This document shows, one piece after another, positions 1-14,975 of a stretch of 64,000 bases of DNA (its first letter is position 1; each line of letters opens with the position of its first letter). The notes under the pieces were generated by a model. It saw nothing but the letters and a program-made list of their open reading frames with translations. It did no database searches and was not told where the DNA came from. A program made the translations under genes and the position numbers. This DNA is from the human T2T-CHM13v2.0 reference genome, Homo sapiens: NCBI RefSeq assembly GCF_009914755.1, contig NC_060925.1; one strand, 5' to 3'.

Positions 1-307
1 AGAGGTAGGTTGGCTTCCTCCTACTGCTAATCTCTGTCTTTCGCTTCTTTGTCACACTTTCAGTTCTTCCAACACCTTTGTAACTGCTTTCCTGTATTAA
101 GTTCTTCCTATTAAGCTGGTATGGATCTCCTGGCTGTCACAGATACAGGGCATGTCATTAAAAGTATGAGATTGTGTCTGAAGTCATGGTAGTGTGGCTG
201 TTATGTTTTGGGTGTGTTCAGGGTTAGCACAGAGAGACACTTTTACACCCCACACATACTGACTGACAGAGTTTCAATCTGTAGGTTAACTTTAAACCAG
301 CATCAGG

Positions 308-667
<360 letters not shown>

Positions 668-2027
668 CTATGCTGTGGGATTTGACAAGGAATTAGAAAG
701 TCCACCTCTCAACTACTCTCAAAAACTTCCTCCCCCACTGAAAAATGTATGCAAGAGAGGAAGCAAACACATTCTATTAACTGTGTAAAATCGCACTACA
801 AACCTTTAGGCCTTTTTGTTGTTGATTTCGTGCAATTCCTTTGATTTGATAAAACTGGAGGGTAAAAAGGAAAGAAAGGAAGAATGAAAGGACAGGACAG
901 AAAAGGATAAGAAAATAAAGAAAAAGCACAGTTTGGGAATAATAAGAAATTAAAAGCATGTCTCAATGTAGAAAACTCTTCTTTTGTTTTCATTGACTCA
1001 AAATAGTTCACTACAGGGGCACTTCCCCCTCTACTGTAAAAAAAGAAAAAAACAAAAACAGTGATGGTAGACTTTAAAAATTAAATGTAGCAAGTGTTTA
1101 AACTGACTTTCTTCAAAAAGCCAAGTATAAAGGGCATGAAAGATAGTAGCCTTCAGAAACTCTCAATCTTTAGAGGAACCTAGATCAATAGATGTGGAAC
1201 AGAACAATTGAAGACATAATGAAGTATGGTGTTTAACAGAATCCGGTGCTCAAGAGGCCTAAGAAAGAGACACATACCTTGGAAAGGCAGGCAGAGGCAG
1301 GTGTCAAACTTAGATTGAGCCTATGCTGTATGACCTTTATTTTTTAAAGAAAGCAATGCTAGTCCAGTCCCCAAGTCCCCCTCCTCCCTGCCCCTCTTAC
1401 TCCTAGCCGTGTTGATTTATGGCTTCTCAAACAAATCAAGACGTCCTTCTCCACTGATACATTCTGAACAGTCAAATATATACAGAATGATATCTAGCCT
1501 GACTCACATGAACCCACAGACAGCACACAGAAAATATCAGAGTGGTATCAGGTTAACCAAGTGGTTGTCTTTTCTTTTCCTTAATCTTGTTTTATATGAG
1601 ACGTCCTTTTTCATATCAACCTAAACTAGTACTGTATATATTTTCATTCCAGAAAACACAACGAAACATGTGAGAGAAGGGGAAAGGAGTTACAGCATTT
1701 GCTCAGGGAAGAAGAGGAATTTGAAATTTTATCACCAGTACTGATGTCATAAGGGATGACTGTTGGAGGGAAATGAATATCTGCCCTGGATCCTAAAATA
1801 ATTTGGGGAGAAAGAGTAAGAGTGAACTTACGGAAAGATTAATGGCACAAGGGATACCAGAGAGACAGAGAGAGAATTGGCAGATAGTAATCACCAAATA
1901 TCTCTCTCCCATTTTTTTACAGATATATGTTACAATTTCCAGACATAATGGTGCTTCCTCACATAGTCAAAAACCCTGCCAGTATTTGACTATATTATTG
2001 ACATAGTATATTTGAGGATCTTAAGTC

Positions 2028-2165
2028 CGTGTGATGAAATGGAAAGAGCACTGGTTTGGGTGCAGAGACCTGGGTCTCTATTCTAGCTCTGCTTAATGAC
2101 CTGGACTCATCTTTCTATTTCTGTAGGCCTGTGGCTCCTCATTTGAAAGTGGGAATAACATTCAC
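2028..2165 (+). mobile_element. MIR SINE fragment
   Basis: ggaaagagcactgg...agacctgggtc...ctctgct...ctcctcatttgaaagtgggaataac resembles the MIR core. Confidence 0.65.
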
Positions 2166-2648
2166 TGACCTAAGATATGCCTGAAAAGTCAAGCTAGAAC
2201 TGGGCTACCAGCCAAAATTTGCCCATTGGGCAGCCAAATAACTGTGGTCTATCCGAAATGCCAGAGTAGTGTGTCAGCAGCCAGACTCTGGCCCCCAGGC
2301 CCCAGCACCTGTTATTCACACTCCACAGGGTGTCTAACCAGAAGAGAACTGTACCCTCCTTTGCAGATCCCTTCTCTCTCCATAGGAAACCCAGAGATGT
2401 CTTTCAAAAACCTCGGCCTCTTGAACAAAGTGACTAGCGGCTACCCTGGTCGATCACCCTCTCATTAGCTCCATTCCCTACTCCGCATCCCCACTGGCCC
2501 ATTGGGACAAAAGATGTCCTTTTAAGCCCTCTGCACTATCAGGCTGCAAAGGAGGGCAGTGACCTGTCGAGGGTGGTGCTAAGTCACCCACAGTCCTTTC
2601 CTTAAGGCTTTTCTAGGTATCAAATGAGAGCCTGTGAAGCACCTAGTA

Positions 2649-5392
<2,744 letters not shown>

Positions 5393-5519
5393 AATTTATT
5401 TAATAGTAAGCATTCAAAAACACCCATGATTTTCCTCCTCTCCTGACTATTTGCCATTTAGAATAAGAAATACAGGTAGCATATGATGAAAATTAATATA
5501 TAGCTAGAAAATATAATTT

Positions 5520-6024
5520 TAAAGATAACATTTACAATGGCAATTACAAAAATATAAACCACCTAAAACTCAATCTAAAAAGAGTGCATGCCCTTTGAAG
5601 AAAATTATAAACTGTATTGAAAGACATTAAATAAGAACTAAATAAATGGAAAGAGTTACTACATTTACAGATAGAAAGACTCAGGCTCAATGTCCTAATG
5701 ATGGCATTATCTTTTAATCAGTCTATAAGTTTGATAAAACTCAAATCAAATCTCAACAGTATTCTTGTGAAACCTTGAAAGATGATTATAAAATGTATAC
5801 GGAAGAAAACAGCCCAAGAAAAGCCAAGACACTCTTGAGACACTTTTGCAGAAGGACACTTTTAGGGATGTGTCCTGGCCAATACCAAGATTCATTAAAA
5901 AGCTATAATAAAGTTTGGTTAGGGCAAAAGAGTGGCTAAAACATATGCTTAGAAATTGACTCTAAGTTCCAGGAAAATCATTTTTCCATATGAAAGAAAA
6001 TTAGAATAAATGCCTACCTCACAC

Positions 6025-6067
<43 letters not shown>

Positions 6068-6260
6068 GCACACACTCCACATGGATTAGAGAACCTAAAT
6101 TTGAAAGGCAAACAAAACAATAAAGCTTTTAGAAGACAACAAAGGAGAATATCTTCATGACATCAGAGTGGGAAAAAAAAGGCTTTCTGAAACAAGACAT
6201 AAAAAGTGCTAACCATAAAAGATTGATAAATTCAACTACGTTAAAATTAAGAAGTTAGAT
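5520..6260 (+). mobile_element. Old L1 (L1M) ORF2 fragment
   Basis: gaaagacattaaataagaactaaataaatggaaag..atagaaagactc and ggagaatatcttcatgac are L1 ORF2-like; heavily decayed. Confidence 0.7.
6027..6062. repeat. (CA)n microsatellite
   Basis: About 18 uninterrupted CA units. Confidence 0.95.
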
Positions 6261-7641
6261 AGCAGAAGGTTGGCAAAAATCCAACTTCTATGTGGTCTAT
6301 AAATCTATTCAGCTTCCCAAAGGCATAAATAACCTTTTTGCATTTATTGGAACTATATTCTGACAACACATGCCATAGCTCAGATTCAGCATATGGTTGG
6401 CCCATCTTTGACTTTGTCCACAATTAGATTACTAGCACTACTGGTTTAACCTGAGTATATTTGAATGGATGTGGCTTATACCTAGAACTTTCGTGAGTAG
6501 ACATATAATACTGCTCAGAATAACATGGCCTGCAATTCAAGACAAGCACCACCACATGCCATCATTATAGGTACTGCTACACCATCACCAGGGACTAGGA
6601 TTGTACAGCATCTCTTCCTTACCCTCTGTGCAGCGTTTTTCTATGTTTATGATCATTCACACCACAAAGTTCATTCTTGTTCTGCTAACTGCTGGGATTT
6701 AACTGCTACTACAAAAACTACCAGGAGAAATATATATCAGTGAAAGCAAGGATAGAAAACCCTAGGGTAGATCAACTTCTAACCCCATGAGAGAAGGTAA
6801 TCTACTGTCTCCCACACAGCCATGATTTTGTACCAAAAGCTTCCTCCGGTGAGCCTGTGAGTCTTCCATTTCCTTTCTCCTCTCATTCATTCTACCATGC
6901 ATTCTTCACCAATATTCTGCCATTCACTCTACATGTTGACATATATACCATAATATATGAATATAGTCTGAGACAATAAGAGAAGAAAATGTCACCCACA
7001 TATGACTTATGTTTAAGGTGATGTAAATTTTTTCAAGATGTCCCTTGCATATATCAAAAGAGATGCTTCTGTTGGCATGATAGTATCTAATAACAACACT
7101 CTGTTACTGATGGGAAGTTATTTCTTGGGGACCCCAAGGAATGGAACCTCATAAACTTTCAATGCATTTCATGTCAGGGTACTGAGTAATTACATAGCAT
7201 TACAATTTTAAAATTTCCTCTTTGGATGAAAGCAGTTTTATTTATAATTTTTCCTATAATGGAAGTAGATAGCTCTAGTGAATCGACTGTTTTAATAGGA
7301 CAGATTTGGATAAGTAGTTATTGTTAATGATTTTAAGAGATGTCAATAAAACATAGAAATGACTTTCAACAGATAATTATTATAATTCACTCCCAAATCT
7401 AGATTACAAAATAAAGAATCACAATAAAAAATGATTTTCAAGTTCACTGATCACAAAGAATTTCAATATTGTCTATGGAAAACAATTTACCCTAATCTTT
7501 TTACCCAAATTAACTTAATGAACCACAGCAGACTGAACACATTTAATTCAATTCAATTAAGCAGAAACTTATTGAGCATCTACTACATTCCAGACACCGG
7601 AGTTAAAAGGGACAGCTATATTTCCTTTCCCTAAGTAGTTC

Positions 7642-7807
7642 ATAAATGTCCTTTATTCCAGTATAATTATTAGGCAAAATACTATTTCTTTCTTATTACC
7701 TATGTAGTGACTAGCTAGACAGTTTATAAATGTCCTTTATTTCAGGAAAATTATTGGACAAAATACCATTTCTTTTTATTATATATACAGTAATGAGCTA
7801 GAAAGTG
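7642..7807. repeat. Old tandem duplication, 2 x ~84 bp
   Basis: ataaatgtcctttatt...agctaga unit begins at 7642 and again at 7726. Confidence 0.85.
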
Positions 7808-8029
7808 AAGAGAATTCAGTGGAATTGTTTAGGTTTGTTCTGGAAAAATATATTCAAAAGAATTATCAAATTTAGGATAGTGACTATGTCTGCCAAGAGA
7901 AGGGGACGTATGATCAGAGAAAGGTTACCAGGAGGTTTCAACTGTATTTAACTGGCTTTATTTCATTAGCTGAGTGGTAGGTACAAAACTTTTTATTATA
8001 TTGTTATTTATACTTTTTGTGTGTCTTAA

Positions 8030-8159
8030 CCCATTTATGCCAGAGGTTGCAAATTGTTTTTTGTGAAAAATGAGACTTTGGTGATGACCTTGAGCAGTAG
8101 GATATAAATAACGCCCACAAGCTTAGCATTCCAATAAAGGAACACTAGGCATAAATGGG
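8030..8159 (-). mobile_element. MER85 piggyBac-derived MITE (PGBD3 family), complete
   Basis: TTAA TSDs (8026-8029, 8160-8163); 12-bp perfect TIRs CCCATTTATGCC/GGCATAAATGGG; internal sequence matches recalled MER85 including the 16-bp quasi-palindrome. Confidence 0.95.
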
Positions 8160-8244
8160 TTAAATATTCTGTCCTACATTTCAAATCACACACATATTAT
8201 TTTCATGATAGAATGAAAACTACTCTTAAAAGGCTTAAGTGATT

Positions 8245-8548
8245 CTCTACATTTTTCCCAATCTATTTCATAAGACACTGAGAGATGCTACTTGAAATCA
8301 AAGGTTCTATGGCAAATGAATTTTTAAAATTCTTCATGAGTTAAATGACTTTAGTGCAGAAAATCTCTGAACCTTTAACATATCAGTAAATACCACATCT
8401 TACTAAGAACAGGATATATAATTCAATATCTTCCAAACATTTTTGAACATGGAACTTATTTTTCCCTCTGAGCCTTCTTCCTTTTGAAATATTCATAATG
8501 ATCTTAGGGGACATTAGTGTTTCCTGGGACACAGTTTGGAAAATGCTC
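8245..8548. mobile_element. hAT-Charlie (Charlie4-like) non-autonomous remnant
   Basis: aaaggttctatgg..aaat; ctctgaacctttaa; end ..ggacacagtttggaaaatgc; similar to 60510-60762. Confidence 0.55.
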
Positions 8549-8829
8549 TATTAAAAAAACCCATTTTGATGCATGTTCTACATTACCTCTGTACCCAATT
8601 ATGCCCATCCCTAAGTCAATAACCATCCTTCATGCTTGCATGACTTTGTCCATGAAGTCCTATCAGTCAGAACTGCCTTTAAGCCTTGAGAAACTCCTGG
8701 TCAGCCTTCAAGACCTAGGTGAAATGAAGCCTTCCCCCAGCCTTTCCTTTCTCCAGGTAGAGTAAATTACCACCTCCAGAAGGTTCCACAGCTGTATACA
8801 TATTTTCCATAGCGCATCTCCTGCTGTAA

Positions 8830-8960
8830 CAGTTATTTATGCATGAAACCAGGTCCCTAGATGGCAAACTGTGCAATTGCATCTTGGTACTCTTCACAAT
8901 GCCTAGCACAGAGCCAGAGTCAAGCACAAAGTAGGTGCTCAGTAAACATTTGTTGAATGG
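8830..8960 (+). mobile_element. L2 3' end fragment
   Basis: gcctagcacag...gtaggtgctcagtaaacatttgttgaatg. Confidence 0.7.
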
Positions 8961-10429
8961 ACATAGAAGTGATGTTTATGTGCATGACCAGAATGTTCTT
9001 CCTCAATTTCCCAGATTCTCTCAATGCATATTCACAGCTTTTCAATTATTTTCAGTTGCAACACTAACATGAATAAAAACAAAGAGACATAAAGACTGAA
9101 TGTGACAAAGGCAGATAGAAACGAGGAAAGACAGAGACAGAGAAAGAGCAAAGAAAGAGATACCTGAATTGATGGATACCAAGTAAACAAATCATGAGTC
9201 CATTCAAGAGATGCAGAGACTGACCAACAAAGAAAATTGTAAATCAATATGAAGCTCGGAGCAGATGCATGGGGTTGGTAATTTGCAAGACTCACTACAG
9301 GTGGTCAAGATGGCCGATTTGGGTTCATGCTGAACTACTTACAACTATTTGGGAGGACCCATCCCCTTATTTTTATACCATAAGTTAAACAGCCCGCCTT
9401 CACCACCACAAAATTTTCATCATTTTAGCTGTCATCTCTTCTATTCAGCAGAATTTTATTTATATTTTCCTTTCTGTTTATGAGACTCCCCCACTGGCAT
9501 TGCAGATTGGTTATATGTCAGCTTCAAATAAAATAAAATAATAATAATAAAAGCAAGCTTGCAATTTCTTTCCAATAGAATATGCTACATATTTCATAAA
9601 ATAGATGCCAGAGGAGTTTTATGATTCCTCAACCAAAACCTTCCCACATCTCAAAACTAAATGGAAGAAAAATAAAAAGAACATGTCAAAGAAAAAGAAA
9701 TCTGAACATTTGCTCTCCAATCAGAGGGAAATATCCAGGTGATTAATTTGATTAATGAGTTGTTTTCATTTTTTTACATGAATTTATATCCTGATATGCA
9801 TTTCACAGATTCAGTTCAGTGTGAGTTTTCATGGATATAAATGTACATACCAGAGGAGGGGTTTTCTTTTCCTACTGACATGCTTTTTTCAGTACAGAAT
9901 GTCTAGCTGGCTCATGCTCTTAGCCTGACAACACCTCCTCTGCCAAGTTTTATTTATATTTTCAAGCCACGTCTCTATCCTGGTATAGGAGACAATCTGG
10001 TCTAGTGAAAGGAGCACTGGACAAGGAGTCCAAGAATCCTGAGTTGCGATGGCGCCTCTGGGCTGTAAAGTTACGTATCTCTGCAAGCCTAATATTCTTT
10101 CAATCTGTAAATTAGGACAGTTGACAAACACACCTCTAGAATTCAATCAAAGTCATTTTACTTTCCTCAGAATAACTGCGGAAAAGTAAAATGGCATGGA
10201 AATTTTAACATGATGTGTACTTCCACAACTCCTCTTCACAAAGAGCCAAAATGTGTAAGGAAATATTTCCAATTAAAAAAAAAAAAAAAAAACCTTTGCC
10301 TAAAATCCTAAAATGTATCTCTTCCTAAAGATAGACCAGATACTATTGGGATACATAACTCTCAGAATATCAATGATGGAAAACTTTTTCATTATCTAGG
10401 AGATGGGTTTTTATCTCATTTGAAAGATA

Positions 10430-10665
10430 ACACTAATAGCTAAGTAACTTTACATGCTAGGTATTATTCTAAGCACTTTGTGTTAGTTCCTGTAATCTTC
10501 ATAATTTTATGAGGTAAGTACTGTTATTTCATTATAAAGAAAACTATAAAGCACAGAGAAGTTAGATTAGCTGGCCAAGGCCACACAGCTTACAGAGCTG
10601 GTAGAGCTGAGATCTGAAGCCAGGCAGTCAGTCCAGAAACGAAGTCCAGACTCCTTACCACCTGC
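10430..10665 (-). mobile_element. MIR
   Basis: gaaaactataaagcacagagaagttagattagctggccaaggccacacagct is the reverse MIR core. Confidence 0.75.
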
Positions 10666-11049
10666 TATACCACCTTTTAGTTTGAGAATCTCTGCTTACC
10701 ACAGCTAGTAACTGAGAAAAGCAGTAATGCTGTTTCTGCGTTACTAATTGCCTAAACAATTATTTACTAATTGATTACTAATTGTTACCTAATTAATAAA
10801 CATTTTCACAGAGTAAATAGATGTGAACCAATACTAACCAATGCCTGATAGAAACTGCCACAGAGTCACAAGTGTTCAAAGTGCCTATCATTGCCCCACT
10901 CCCTGTTGATGATAAGGTAACACCCATTTTGTTTGCTAGCATCCAAAAATGGGGAAATATGTAGCTTGCTCCTATAGAAGTCTTACTATTTCATTATTCT
11001 CCATTAAATTTTACACCCTGGGAGCTAGCTGGGATCACTTCCTCACTCA

Positions 11050-11295
11050 GAGGCAGCATAACAGTGGTTAGGACAGACCCTGGAACAAGAATGGCTAGGT
11101 TTAAATCCTAGTTCCATCCCTTACTTGCTATGTAATCTCAGGCCAGTTACCAAATCTTCCTGTGCCCCAGTTTCCTTATCTAGCTAATACAAATGAGAAT
11201 ACAAGTATCCACATCCTAGGGTTATCTGAAGATTAAATAAGTTAATATGTGTAAAGTGCTTAGAAGCATTCCTGACTCTTAGTAGTACTCCATAA
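11050..11295 (+). mobile_element. MIR
   Basis: ggtttaaatcctagttcc..cttacttgctatgtaatctcaggccagttac..cagtttccttatct..taaagtgcttagaa. Confidence 0.8.
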
Positions 11296-12673
11296 AGGTT
11301 AATTATTCTTTTTTATTAACATGAAAGGTGACTTGCCAAACATCACAAAGTCAGAAGTAGCTGGATTCAATCCTGGTCTTCCAATTCCAAATGCCATCCA
11401 CTTTCTTGAACAGAATTCCATGCTGTCTATTACTAAGAGATCATTCTCTTGAAATCCTGCTATGTGCCAAAGCACCCAATCATATGATTTTCTCCATAAA
11501 ATTGCTCCAAGACCCACAAGGTAGGTAATATTGTCCGTTTTGCAGATGATGAAAGCAAGGTTCTGGGAAGTTGAGATTCATCCTCAACTGCTTAACTCAA
11601 CCACGAGTATTCTTTGTCTCAGTAAGTCCTAAATAACATTTAAAGTTCCGGACAATACCCTTCAATTTATGCTATTTTTAAAGTGCCATCTAAGAGACAT
11701 AAACTGTGATTTTCTTGCTTTGTTTGCTTTATTAGTTTGAGAGAAGGATTAAATCCCAGCAAAAACAAAATGTTTGACTTGAGTGAATTATCAAAATGAA
11801 ATGCTGCCTCCATTAGATTCTTCATCTGCCTGCAGGGTGGCTCCAAGCATCCTAAATCTACCAAATGCAATTTTTTAGATGGGTACTATCAGGTACCAAG
11901 CCAAACACTCACCCATTTAAGAAAAATTACTTTGGAGGGCAAAGGGGAATGAAGAAGAATATTCCTCTCTGGGTTGGGAGGAGAAAATGAACAATAAGTG
12001 ATACAATCTCTTCCCGGCAGCCTCACACAATGGTGTGTCTTGCAAATGAAACATACTGTGAAACAGCTTGTGAGATGAGCTTCATCAACAATAAGTAATT
12101 TTTATTCAGATTTTATCGTTGAATACAATGAACATGATTAAATGTTTCAGATATGCCTATTCAGACCTCAAGCAAACCATTAAAAAATAAAAACTACTAA
12201 AAATCATCTTCTAAATCTGCTTTAGGAAGAGATTTAATTGCCAACTCGATGTGTAGAATTGAATTCCTACTTGATAGCAGCACCGTTCCCAAGAAGATGG
12301 TCACAACATATTTGCACTTCCCACTTCGGCCTCTTTTCTCATCCCTGCGGATCCTCCCAGCGTTGCCAAATAGTTACAAAGTCAGTCCTTTCAAACCACT
12401 GCATTTTGAACTTCCTAAACCTTTAAGAGAGCCTTTGTGTATGGAAAAGAACAATAGCGCTTCAAAAGACATTTCTGCGAGTTCTTCAATATTCCATTTG
12501 AATGCTGGGGTTTCAATCAAGGACATCAGCAGACAATTTCTGATTGCTTAGAAGTTGACTTTTATACAGCTTTGATTAGGTGCCCTTCTCAATAGGAAAT
12601 CAAGAAAATCTTTGATCACTTTCAGTTCCCAGAATTGTCACCAAGCCTTGTCAGGATAGGGAGTGAAAGAGAT

Positions 12674-12710
12674 GGGGGGTGGCGGGGGGGGGGGGTGGCG
12701 GGGGGGGGTG
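12674..12710 (+). repeat. G-rich low-complexity tract (G6/G12/G9), potential G-quadruplex/i-motif
   Basis: ggggggtggcggggggggggggtggcgggggggggtg. Confidence 0.8.
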
Positions 12711-13793
12711 CCTACTCCTTCTGACATCTCCGAACCCCCATCTATCTTAGTGCCTGCGCAGTTCCGGTGCCATCCAGAATCACTCATCACGGAGATCACA
12801 AAAACAATGGGTGCTAATTCAAGGGGTGGGGATGGTTTGTAATTTTATGGATTTCCCAAAGACCTATAATTGGCACATAAATGTACCAACGTGAACTGGA
12901 TAATTAGGCGGTTCTGAACGTAAGCCACCTTTAATTTAATTGATATGATTACTTGAAAACGTTAAGTGTTGTAAAGTGTAGTGGAACCCCCACACAGCCT
13001 TTATTCAAAACTATCAACACTGTTAAAGTGTATTTAACCGGCCAGCAGGAAGGGAGCAGGAAGGAGGAAGAAACGACGGCGCGGATTCTCGCCCCGGTCC
13101 CCGCCGGCTGGCTAGGAGCTGCACTGGAGCATCCAGCTCGCAGGAGGGCTCGCCCCCGGGCTCGCCCCCGTCCAGCTCCCAGGCGGAGAAAGGCGCTCTC
13201 GCTACCGCAAGCCCTACATCGCCCCTCTTTCTAATGGAGCTAAACACAGGCGTGCGCCGACATCCAAACGCACACGCAGACACCGACCCACGCGGGCGCG
13301 CACCCCAGACTCGGCGACACATACACACCGGAGCGCACAGATGCCCGCGTCGCGGCGCTCTCCACTCCGCCCGCCGCCAAGAGCGGAGCGGTAGCCAAGC
13401 GCCCCCGGCCTCCCCACCCCCACGCCATTCCTTCAGACTCTCCCAGCCTAAGCGGAAGTGCCCCAGCAGACCCCCAACAATGAGGATTTGTGCGATGCAG
13501 TTGGGGGTTGGGGGTAGTTCACACGGAGTGAAACGTACACAGTCTGGCGGGTCTGGGAGCAGCCAAGTGGCGTCCGCCTCTCCAGGCAGCGATCCCTTGT
13601 GCCCACTGCCCCCCATCAGGCCCACCAGCACCACCAAAAAACAAAAACAGAGAAAAGAAAAAGCGCCTTAAAAAGTGCAGAGAAAAGATGCGCCCTCCCA
13701 CCAGGGGTCACAATAATACTCCTCGGGACGCAGCCAGCGGAGGCAGGGTCCTGGCTGCAGCAGCCACCCTGGTTTTGAAATTTACTTTGTACA

Positions 13794-13801
13794 CTCACCC
13801 A
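13794..13801 (-). other. 5' splice donor of candidate alternative first exon C (exon ends 13799)
   Basis: Reverse complement reads ACTGG|GTGAGT. Confidence 0.45.
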
Positions 13802-14711
13802 GTGGCCCCTTTCAGACGCCGCGACACGACCTCCCCCCATCTCGGACTCCCTGCCTCTGGGTTCTCTCGGCGGTTGACACCCTCTTGTGTGCCTGCTTTA
13901 TGAGCCGAACCACAGAGATTTAAAGTTTCCTTGGTAGAAAAAAAAACTGAGCTCTCTGCATCCAAGTCAGAGCGTCGAGTCTGGAGCAGAGAGAAGGAAG
14001 AGGGGCGGGCTGGGGAGGCGACTAGCTGGGCGTGGGGGGAGGGGGTGCTGGGGAGTGGATGGAGGGGGACGAGCGGCAGAGAACAGAGTCCACAGAGGAT
14101 CCGAAGAAAGGCCGGGGTCCGAGGAACGCGGGATCCAGTTCTCACGGTGCCCGCGAAAGGGCTGGGATTACTGGGATAGAGTCGGTTTTTCGAGAGGTCG
14201 AAGCCGAATCTCAGCGCTACGGAGGAGTAGGGAAGTGAGAACGGGGTTCGGCCGAATGAGGAAAAGGGTCTGGCCACCAGCGAGGGAGGGAGGGAGTTTC
14301 GGGAGCCCAGGACAGCGGGAGAAGGCAGGCTCGAGGTCCGATATAGCCAGGACCGCAGGAGGAAAGAGGGCGCAGGGGGTCTTGGAGAGAGACGCGTGTC
14401 AGGGGTGGACAAGTCTGGAGACAGGATCGCGCGTGGTCGGAAGTAGGGAGACAGGGGCGCGGGGATGGGGGGCAGGACAGAGAAAGAGAAGTCGCCCTTT
14501 TCCTCCCAGCAAGTGGAGGGAGAAGGCGAAAAACTGCTGCAGTCGCCATCCTCCCAGCACCCCTAGCCAAACTGCTGAGTGGCGCGTCCCAGGAGCCCTC
14601 CTCCGCGCCCCGGGGCTCCAGCGAAGCCTCCTGGCTCCCCGGCGCCCTGTCCTCGCGGGGCACCTGCGGCGCTGAACTCAAGGGTTGCCGCGCGCCCCCG
14701 CCGCGCCTCAC

Positions 14712-14800
14712 CTCGCCTAGCCCAGAGCATCCTCCTCCGCTGCCGCAGCCGCCCAGGAAGCGGCTCCCCATGCCCGGCGGGCGGCGGCACTCAGGCGCGC
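14712..14800 (-). other. Candidate alternative first exon B (5' end uncertain), containing an ATG in strong Kozak context
   Basis: Reverse complement GCCGGGCATGG at 14771; donor GAG|GTGAGG at 14712/14711. Confidence 0.5.
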
Positions 14801-14975
14801 TCTGCAGCCCGGGGAAGCCCGGGCGAGCGCCGAGCTGGGTCCATCCTCCCCGGGAGCCACCGGCCCCGCGTCAGAGTAGGGGGAGGAGACCGCCACCCGC
14901 GCGGACCCGCCTCCTCCCGCGGCCCCCCGCCCCGCCGCCCCCCGCGCCCGCCCGGCGCCCCGCGGCACCGCTCAC

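Noticed and set aside
1273-1280. Minus-strand donor AAG|GTATGT (similarly at 9850, 29856, 42855)
   Set aside because: No convincing paired acceptor or reading frame; compatible with background frequency
12249-12551. 100-aa plus-strand ORF near the island
   Set aside because: No homology recognised, no convincing splice or Kozak support
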